DNA from: Basidiobolus meristosporus CBS 931.73
Taxonomy: Eukaryota; Fungi; Basidiobolomycota
DNA length: 64,000 bases
Assembly: GCA_002104905.1 (NCBI GenBank)
Contig: MCFE01000361.1
Span: 1-64,000, forward strand
Reading direction: 5' to 3'
The notes under the pieces are model-generated. The model saw nothing but the letters and a program-made list of their open reading frames with translations. It did no database searches and was not told the origin of the DNA. Numbering within the stretch: position 1 is the first letter of the stretch; every line of letters starts with the position of its first letter. The translations under genes were made by a program, and so were the position numbers. Positions 49,636 to 59,063 of this stretch are shown here, one piece after another.

Positions 49636-52602
49636 TGTTCTGCATCAACATTTAAAACTTAGCCTATTTTACTACATTAGAAAATCTGGCACCCTAACTG
49701 ATCTTCCCTAATCCAAACATAACTAATCTCAGTTATGATTTATTTTATCACTTCTCAGAATCTATTTTTAGCTGTCACACCTGATCAATTTTCATGTGGT
49801 CATTACATCCTCAACTGATCTGCTAAGCCTTTCCAAGTAATTAATCATCTGAAATCTATCCAACCACTTAGCAGTTGCCAAGACATTAGCTGATTAATGA
49901 TTCAATTTCTCATTTACCTTATGCACCCATGAGCACCCCAACAGATTTCAATTAGTCCAGTCTCTTGGCACTTAATTATTCAACTTGATCAGAAAAATTT
50001 ATATAAAGTTTACTGAACCTTTTGCTTTAGTGTGTGTCTCAACATAAGGATTGTGCCTCAGCAAAATTAAGAATTCAACGATTCTGTTCTAGTTTCTGCC
50101 CAAGCCTAGCATATCTAGCACTTTCAAGTGCACAAGCCTAGCTTGCATAGCAAACCAACTATGTGACCTTTATAGCCCAACTCAGCTATATACAAGACCA
50201 GTATTAGACCAGAACCACTCTGCTAATATTTCTGTCACTCTTGACAATTCTAAGATTCTGCACTTAGTTGTCACATAGGTTCAGTTAACTCATTCAAGAG
50301 TTCTATTACACTTTTCTCTTGGATGCATCATTTTTTTGTTGAATTCCATTACATCCAACTGCTTTACAATATGACCTCATCAGCAAGCAATCCAAATCTT
50401 TCCATGTTGGAAGAAGCCTGCAGAAATCAGGAAGTACTAACTGAACAGTTTGAAAACATCATGCATGAAAGAATCCCTTTGATGCTTGAGCACTCCAAGC
50501 TTGCCAAGACAAGAGATGACAATCATTGTAGAGATGAACTTCATGAAGTTATTTCTGGTCACCAAGATGAAATTGGAATTATCAAAGAAGCCTTTGAGAG
50601 TGTTGCCATTGTAATTGACAGCATTGAAAATCCACCAAACTTGCTCTGCATCAGCCACTAAGAAGTCATGCCTCTGGATCCTCCAGATCTACACCTCCCT
50701 CTAGGCCTGCCCTGGTGGTTGTTCCAAGATCCTTGCCTCTTTATGCTGAAGGAGCCAATGTCATAAAGAATCCTACTGAGTTTCTTTAAAGTTCAGTAAT
50801 GTCTTAGCTGCACACCTGCTAGACCCTGACACCAATTGGGCTAGACTTCATATCCATCCATGCAAGCCTTCCTATGGATCATATTGCACTTGACCTGGAT
50901 CTTTCACCACTAGTGATGATTGTAATCACTACCTCTTTATAATTGTGGATGTCTGCACATGTTTAGTCTCCCACCAAGCTATCCCAGACAAGCATGCTGA
51001 TACTATTGCACAAGCACTTTTCAAGCTTTTCTTCCCATTTGGATTCCCTGAGGTCATCCTATTGGATAATAGAACAGAGTTTGTGAATCATGTGATCAAA
51101 GCCCTTTGTCAGAATAGCACTGTTGATCACCATCTGATCACTCCCTATCATCCCAAACCTGATGGACTTGCTGAAAGACATGTTCAGACCTCAGTGAACA
51201 TCATCAGGAAATCTATGAAATGTATCAAGAAGAACTGGGACAAGTACATTCCAACTATACAGTATGCTATCAACACCAAAACTGCAGCTCTACATGGATC
51301 AATGCCATTTTCTTTGATGTTTAGAAGAAAATTCAACCACTTTGGAGACTACCAGAATACAGAGTTAGCAAAGTTGAATACAGACAAGCTAAAGAACCAA
51401 CTTGAGTACCTTACCAAAACTGTCTACCCTGCTATTAGTGCCAGAAGTACAACCTCACAGCAAAAGTGACTTCAACATACACCTCAAGACACAGGAACAG
51501 CAGCTTCCCAGATGGGTCATATGATATGACACTAGATCCAATCTAGCAATCTAAACATAACCCCAAATATGAAGGCCCACTCACACTTGTCAGACAGACC
51601 ACTGGAGGATCATATGCACTTCAGGACAATACTGGAGCACTGCTCCCCAAGAGCTTGCCACCTTCTTCACTGAAGCTTATATCTTAAGACCCAGTTACTT
51701 CAGAATCCTATGAATTTGAAGCTATTGTTGATTATGATGGAGAAGAACCAAATTGCCTTTATTTAGTGAAGTGACAAGGTTATGATGCCAAACACAAAAC
51801 CTTTGAACCTTACACCAACTTTGATGATGTTGCCCTCATCCATCAGTAGTGGAGCCGCAGGGGAACCCAGAAGATATCAGAAAACTCCTCTCCTGGGAGG
51901 AAGTGATGTTGTTCATCAACATTGAAAACTTAGCTTATTTTACTACATTAGAAAATCTAGCACCCTAACTGAACTTCCCTAACCCAAACATAACTAATCT
52001 TAGTCAAGGTCTATTTTATCACTTCTCAGAATCTATTTTTAGCTGTCACACCTGATCAATTTTGATGTGGTCATTATATCCTCAACTGATCTGCTAAGCC
52101 TTCCAAGTGATTAGCCATTTGAAATCTATCCAATCACTTAGCACTTGCAAAGACATCAGCTGATTGATGATGCAATTTTTCATACCTTATACACCTATGA
52201 ACACCCCTACAGATTTCAATTAGTGCAGTCTCTTGGCACTAGGTATTTCACCTTGATCAGAAAAATATATACAAAGTTTATTGAACCTTTTGCTTTAGTT
52301 TCTGTCTCAACAAAATTAAGATTGTGTGTCAGCAAAACTAAGAACCCAACAATTCTGTTCTAGTTTCTGCCCAAGCCTAGCATATTGCGCTCTCCCAAGA
52401 GCACCAAGCCTAGCTTGCATAGCAAACCAACTCTGTTGCCTTTATAGCCCAACTCAGCTACATACAAGACCAATATTAGGCCAGAACCACCCTGCTAATA
52501 TTTCTGTCACTCTTGACAATTCCAAGATTGTGCACTTAGTTGTCATTTAGGTTCAGTTAACTCATTCAAGAGTTCTGTAACACTTGTCTCTTGGATGCAA
52601 CA
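49636..52602 (+). mobile_element. Internally deleted Ty3/gypsy chromovirus-like element (no RT or RNase H)
   Basis: ~695-bp LTRs at 49636-50330 and 51907-52602 (TGT...CA), integrase core (PMDHIALDL; FGFPEVILLDNRTEF; TPYHPKPDGLAER), chromodomain relic at ~51700-51860 (YEFEAIVD..YLVK*QGY..TFEP), and PPT ctgggaggaagtga. Flanks are CCAAC/CTGAC. Confidence 0.88.
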
Positions 52603-52879
52603 CTGACATTGTAGTAAGAGTCTAGGAGATATTAGATGTGACTAGGAGGAGAAGTAGATTATAGGGCTTTCACTTTATGATTCATTGAAAGTAAAAAGAC
52701 TTGTTCTGTTGGATAGTGCCACATAGTGCCAGCCTGTTCATAGTGCCGGATTGATCTGGCACTCTACGGCACTATCTGGCACTATAATTTCTACCATGAT
52801 GCCAGTGGTATGATACAGTTACTGGTAATTTTACTCAATCTTACTTATGTTGCTCAGAATAGTGCTTTCCTTGCTTTAT

Positions 52880-54501
52880 TTACTCTTCATAATGCTCCAG
52901 ACACATTTCTCTCAGTGGATGTCTTCTTGTATGAACATACTGTGCATTAATAAGTATCTTAACTATTTTACCTATCCTGCTGTTTTCACCTATATATGAC
53001 TTTCCTCTGTATTTACCTGCCAATATGCTGAATCTCTTCAGATATCCAAATATGTGCTTTACCCTCACTCTGAAATGATTAAATATCTCATTGTAGAGCT
53101 TCTGCTTCCTGCTAAGCACACCATTCCTTGGCTTCCTATAAGCTGTAATACATCCTAATCTCTGACAATCCTCTCCTATATAGGCTAAGTCTGCCATACA
53201 TTTCTCCCCTCTACTGAATTCAGGATGATTTTCTACCCAGAGTGCTTTGTCATGCCTACTTCCAGCAAATGGCCCACTAAACCAGATGATGTTACCCTCA
53301 ATGTCAGACAGTGCTTGAAACTTCACACAGTGTGCCTTGTACTTGCCAGAATAAAAGTGCCTCTGCCCTCTAGAAGGTCTGTTAATCCTCACTGGGAAGG
53401 TATCCAAAATACTCCTGATATGGAACCTGTTGCTGAACACTCTGGGATATGGAAGTCTATTGGAGCTTCTGAACCTAGTATTCCAAGCTTGCTCTAAGTC
53501 ATTAGACTTGTTCTGTTGGATAGTGCCACATTGAGCCATGAGTGCCAAATGATGCCATAGTGTGCCAGAGAGGCCAAGTAAGTCTATACTTGGCCACAGA
53601 GTGTGAAACATAGATCTGCATCTTCATGCAAAGCATCCCCTGTGTTTTACCTATGATGCAGGAGAAAATCCATTTTTTGACGTTTTTTTGTGGATCAATA
53701 TTATGCAGGATGTGCAAGAGCACTAAAGGATTGAAGATATACATCTGGTACTCAATACCCATGGCACTCTGAATCTAGCTCCTGTGGCTTGTAACATGTC
53801 ACAAAAATGTATGGCACTATCTTGGTCCACTGGTACTATCTGGCACTATATTTAAATATTAGCCCTAAAGTAAGATCAATACAAAGCACTTATAGTGCCT
53901 GATAGTACCAGTGGACCAAGATAGTGCCATACATTTTTGTGACATGTTACAAGCCACAGGAGCTAGATTCAGAGTGCCATGGGTATTGAGTACCAGATGT
54001 ATGTCTTCAATCCTTTAGTGCTCTTGCACATCCTGTACAACAGTGACCTAAAAAAAAAGGTAAAAAAATGGATTTTCTCCAACACAATGAGTGAAACACA
54101 GGGGCTGCTTTGCATGAAGATGCAGATCTATGTTTCACACTCTGTGGCCAAGTATAGGCTTACTTGGCCTCTCTGGCACACTATGGCATCATTTGGCACT
54201 CATGGCTCAATGTGGCACTATCCAACGGGACAAGTCTATTCATACCCTCTGCAAGGTGGTTCTCCATTGCTGTCAGCTGGGAATGAAAGCTTCTAGGACT
54301 TTTGTTGCCATGGATGGTGGGATGAAACCTTGTAGGGCAATAGTTCTTGTAATAGCAGAGAAGCTTAACAAGGGATCTCCTTGAGTAGATTGGGGTTGAT
54401 GGTCCACAGTACTTGGTATAGATCTCCTCCAGTGTGTCAAAAGGAAATCCAGTGGTAGTGATGGGATTGATGAGAAAAGACCATTCAGATGAGTAAGTCA
54501 T
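52880..54501 (-). pseudogene. IS5/Harbinger-type DDE transposase interrupted by a foldback element
   Basis: Removing 53504-54237 and one ATT restores ...NHLAEGMN-DLEQAW... and a stop-free ORF of about 295 aa: LDTFPVRINRP, FYSGKYKAHCVKFQ, SGPFAGSRHD, ADLAYIG, RVRVKHIFG. The catalytic E is replaced by K; the copy at 62.8 kb has RIEHTFG. Confidence 0.88.
53504..54237. mobile_element. 734-bp non-autonomous foldback element (347-bp inverted arms, 40-bp spacer)
   Basis: Arms at 53504-53850 and 53891-54237 are near-perfect reverse complements, with TSD ATT at 53501-53503 and 54238-54240. The first 27 bp are identical to the left end of the host element at 52697. Confidence 0.93.
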
Positions 54502-54953
54502 ATTAAAATTGATGGATGATTGTATGAAGGTGGTTTGAATTGATTCGGCGCAATCTGCGTTATTTATCTGATTTTTAACACATTATGGTTCAATCTCCAT
54601 CAATTGCCATGTATCCCATCATTATGTTGCAAATATCATCCGCAAACAATGCCTTGGTACTTTTATTGATGCTTTAATCATAGGTCTATAATCAAATAGG
54701 AAATCTGCAATTGATGTGATCTGATCCGTGTCAATGCAATCCAAGATGCATCATGCATAATATATGGAAAATTCAACAATCACTTTAGTTTTCATATATA
54801 TTTCATATAAGACCAGGTTGATGCCAATATACTGCTGTATAAGTATCCAAATCCGTTGCTATGGTCCCCATACCAAGCCTCAACTCATCTTTAGTACAAC
54901 CCAGACAAAACCCATCCCCCAGCTCACAAGCGCGGTCTGGACCGTGAAAGTCA

Positions 54954-56108
54954 ATGTTGGATCCGTTTCAGTTCTTGCCAAATGATTTTAGTATGGCCCA
55001 AGTGTCTATGATGAGCCTTCATACAGATATTTGGGCACTACTGATTAATCTAGCAGAACTAGATACCTCAGAGAGTCAACAAAGATGGAAGAATTTGAGT
55101 AGAAAGCTGTGGCATGAGTTCTACATCAAGATGCCAGCCAATGTATGTAAAAAGATATATAACAAGACAAGTATTGAAATCAAGAATGAGCTGAGAGTGA
55201 GGGGATTTGACAAAGAAGCCACGCGGGAACAATTTTGCGCGCAATTTGCACAGTACGGGCCGGACGCGTCTGTTTGTGCCTCAACTTTGGGAACCAAAGA
55301 GATTTTGAATGAGTTTTTGCCTCAAATGACTAATGTGCTACATGATATATTAGTAGAGCTAAGTGGCTTCCGAGAGCAATATACACAGGACTCATCCAGG
55401 CAACAGCTCCAAAGTATCAGACAGAGGGTAAGTGAATGCCTTGAGGAATCAGATGGTGAGCTTCAGGAGGAAGAATACAGACCGCAAGCAACATTGTCCA
55501 GATTGCGCCAGCACACCTTGCTGGATTCCCTACCATCTCTTGCAACCACAGCACACCGGCGCACGTCAGTCCAGACCGCGCCAACACCCTTTACCAGAAC
55601 GCCCCGCGTCAAGTCAACGCGCGTCGGGTCAACATGCGCGCTTCAGAGCAAAACTACAAGAACTTGCCAAATTGCTCATTTAGACACGAGTCCATTGGAG
55701 CGGACCAAGTCACGTCAACATGCAGCATCACATCAAACTCAGCCAAGGGCCATCTCAACGCGTCAAGGCGCACCTGTGTGTGCCATTTTGCCCAACCATC
55801 AGCAAGTTACTTCTGGTGAACTGACTGATGATGACCAACATGAAGTGCCTCAACCACCAGAGCCCTTGGCAAGTAAAAGAACGCATCAGCGCGTGGCACT
55901 ACAGGCCGGTTCAGTTGGTTCAGTCGGAGCAATTCAGCGTGGCCAAGCTGCAGCATTGCACTCATCAACTAGGAGGCAAAATACTGACTACAAATACACA
56001 AGTAGCCAAGATGATAGTCAGCCAGGAAGTAGTATAGGTGCGCAAAGTGAGTCACTACCAAATGCTTCAGTAGTAGTCCCTGTGAGAAAAAAACCCAGGA
56101 GAAGATGA
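54954..56108 (+). CDS. Accessory ORF2 of the PHIS element (possible Myb/SANT/trihelix-like N-terminus, low-complexity C-terminus)
   Basis: 384-codon open frame (first ATG at 54993) divergent from the transposase. RWKNLSRKLWHEFYIKMPANVCKKIYNK loosely fits a trihelix pattern. Confidence 0.6.
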   Translation: MLDPFQFLPNDFSMAQVSMMSLHTDIWALLINLAELDTSESQQRWKNLSRKLWHEFYIKMPANVCKKIYNKTSIEIKNELRVRGFDKEATREQFCAQFAQYGPDASVCASTLGTKEILNEFLPQMTNVLHDILVELSGFREQYTQDSSRQQLQSIRQRVSECLEESDGELQEEEYRPQATLSRLRQHTLLDSLPSLATTAHRRTSVQTAPTPFTRTPRVKSTRVGSTCALQSKTTRTCQIAHLDTSPLERTKSRQHAASHQTQPRAISTRQGAPVCAILPNHQQVTSGELTDDDQHEVPQPPEPLASKRTHQRVALQAGSVGSVGAIQRGQAAALHSSTRRQNTDYKYTSSQDDSQPGSSIGAQSESLPNASVVVPVRKKPRRR

Positions 56109-57479
56109 TGCGATTGCTTTGAATCGCTCACATTTGTAATGATCCCAACAACCCTTTTTTTTTGCAATCCAAATCGAGCCATCGCAAATCAGTGATCATC
56201 AAATTTTTGATATAAGTAATATCAAGGTCGTCTCACATTTGAGACAGAACCCCTTTAAATAAACACCCTGCATATATATACGTCATCTGTAATACCAGTG
56301 CAGCAATTGGATCTGTTTTGCACCTACACAATCGCTTGCGTGCTAGCTATGACACCTAGCCCAATCACTAGGATCAGGGATTTACTTGCTCAATGGGCAA
56401 AATGGGATATTTGATGGCAAATCAGGTAGCTTTTTCAGTAGTCAATGAGCCAATTGGGGGCTGCCAGCTTCAGGATACTTTTGGACCAATTAACCACTGA
56501 GATACTGTCCAATTGGAGTGAGGGTAACCAAAATGGTAAGTATCAGTGTAGTTTATAGTGTGATACACATTTATTTCCATTTACATTAAAGAAGCATATC
56601 CAAATACCGGATTTTACCTGCCATTATAGCGGTATCCAATCGCGCACGTGATGCAAACATTACAAGTTGGCGCGATCATCCGTGCCAACCTCATTGTGTC
56701 AGATTGTGCCATAGTGTGCAAGATTGTCCCGCATAGTGCAAAATTGTCCAAGAACAATCCTGCCTTCTGGTAGCTATGATATTGCACCCAATTGTTCTTT
56801 GCAACCGTGGATTGTGCCGCGCACCCTGGCACGGTACGATGGAACAAGTCTAAAGTAATGTTGGTACATTTACATGGTCTTGGCATTGCAAGCATGTAAA
56901 TATGCTCAAAAAGGTCCCAAGAACATGCATGCCAAGCTTAGGGCTGTTTGAGCAACTTCAAAAATTTCATGGTCAGGTTTCCTGGTATTTTGGTGGAAAT
57001 ATTCTAAGTAAATCCCAATAAGGAATAGCGTCAGTATTCCATATTATTTGAAGGTACTGTTCTAAGTGCCTAGGATAGGTGAACATAAAGGTAGAATTAC
57101 ATACTTTACAACTCTCCCTCCAAACTAAATAATGAATACTTATTTGGTCCCACAGGTGGATCTGCTCTGTGTCAACCTTCAGGATCCCATTTGTAGACCA
57201 TCCCAAAACTAGCAGCTTGGAATTAGTGACCCTCTTAACAATTGTTGGGCAGGACTGCAATGGCATTTAACTAGTCTTACTGCCAAATAAAGCTATAAAA
57301 CTTGGCAGGGTTTGATTGTTGCTGTAGCAATGATTGCATGGCATTATTGTGGTCTTAATGTGCTCTACAACTACATAAAATAGATCTAACTAGCAAGTAC
57401 ATCCAATGCCTTGTAGGGCAAAAAATTGACTGTGTTTTGACGGCCTCATTGCAAGTCTCTGGAAGTGTTATCATGGCAG

Positions 57480-59060
57480 TATGGAAGCCTACAGCTAGTT
57501 CTTTATAATGCTTCCATATCATTTACCAAATGGTATTTACTTTTTCTACCTTGCCTTGTGCAGTTCATATTTTCCACTTTAGAACCACCCCTCTTAATTT
57601 GCTTACCCACTACTACCTTGGGTATACCACATATAGTTCAAATCAAAAAAACCTATGGTCTCCTGCTGACTAACCTCTACAAATGCGCACACCTGCCGCA
57701 TTTGACATACTTCAATCACCTCAACTTTACAGCTTTTAGTGTGATACTTGCAAAGTTGCCATATACCTTGTACTGCTGGTAGCATATATATCTGGCAAAC
57801 ATATGCTTGGTTGCTGTCACTTCTGCCATGAATACCTCCTGAGTATCTGCCAAGAGCTTCTGGGTATTTAGCCAATATATTCCTTCTCCCTGCTGGAGTC
57901 TAGTCTCCCTTATGGGTGTGCTCTGGCACTTGTTTATGTGAATTCTGTATTGAATGGTGTAGAAGTCAGCTTGTGATCAAGAGAAATCTGGCATACCTTG
58001 ATAGAGTTTTGCTAATAAAAATTAGTTGCTTGTTGCACCCAACCCAACTTTGCATTACTTAACAGATTACCCACACATTGGTGCAGCTTAGCTTCTTAAT
58101 GCCACAGGCATAGGTGTCTCCATGTGCACATCTGTCTTCAGTTTATTTCAACTCTTCCTGGCTGTCTTCCATATGCCAACTCATCACAATCATACAGGCG
58201 TGAAGGTAATATTCTTGATGAATTTGGGATATAGTGGTACCTGCAACATGACTTGTCTTCCCATCTCCCCACACAACTGCTCCATAGGAAACTCCCAAAA
58301 GGTGAAGCAAGGCCCAATATTCTCCACACACCAAGCAACATGGAGCGGGAATGGATACAGTAGCAGCACAGATATATGCTTTCAGCTTTATATTTGAGCT
58401 ATAGCCACTCAAATCCTGTCAAAAACTCCTTGCACAACAGCTGTAGATGTGTCAAGTTGATATTGGTGATCTGCTTCTGGATAAATATTCCTACAATGTT
58501 CCCATATGACTCCCAATGCCTCCAATATACAGTTAGTAGGAATAACTTCCAAACACCACATGAATAAATACATATCTTACTCATCCAGTCTTTACATTTG
58601 TATTGTTGCATATGCATATGAATACTGATTGGAGCCTTTGAGGAGTACTTAGGGTAGCAAATACTCTGTAGTATCTTGCCAACTCTTTCAAATTTCTCTG
58701 GTATCTCAATGGGCTCATTTAGCTTGTAATACCCCATGTACAACTTGGTCATCAGTATAGGGATATTGTTGAAAAGCAAATGCATTGCTTCCAGTGGAAA
58801 GCTTTTGCTCCAACAGATACCCTCTATCCCAAGTATCTCAGGTCTCCAATTGATTCCATATCTGGCCAATGGCCTATAGCTTGCCAACTTTGCTGCAATC
58901 CCTTTGAAAAATCATTGAGATGATCCTGTCAAAGGGCCATCACAAAGTTAAAGTCCCATGACTAATATTATATTGTATTAGCCCACTCTTCATTATTGCA
59001 CTCTATGGCTTCACAGATCTTCAATGTCTTTTGATTTTTAAGCTTTGGTATATACACCAC
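57480..59060 (-). pseudogene. CACTA/EnSpm-like transposase relic
   Basis: SKSFPLEAMHLLFNNIP, QQYKCKDW, YWRHWESY..KQITNINLTHLQLLCKEFLTGFEWL resemble fungal CACTA-type transposase blocks. Multiple stops; the 5' part is cut at 59063. Confidence 0.6.
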
Positions 59061-59063
59061 ATT

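Larger units (their letters stand above)
52697..56851. mobile_element. PIF/Harbinger-superfamily (PHIS, Pangu-like) two-ORF DNA transposon
   Basis: 10-bp TIR AGACTTGTTC...GAACAAGTCT with a 3-bp TSD AAA (52694-52696, 56852-56854) that restores the host LTR. Contains a divergent DDE transposase and a second ORF. Confidence 0.85.
52610..57113 (-). mobile_element. LTR-A copy (3' LTR with PPT ggagggag) split by the DNA transposon at 52697-56851
   Basis: 52610-52696 and 56852-57113 join into one LTR-A. The PPT lies at ~57114-57122 on the minus strand. Confidence 0.8.

Noticed and set aside
53502-54296. Mirror-image ORFs MGIEYQMY... on both strands as real genes
   Set aside because: They are translations of the two arms of the foldback element.
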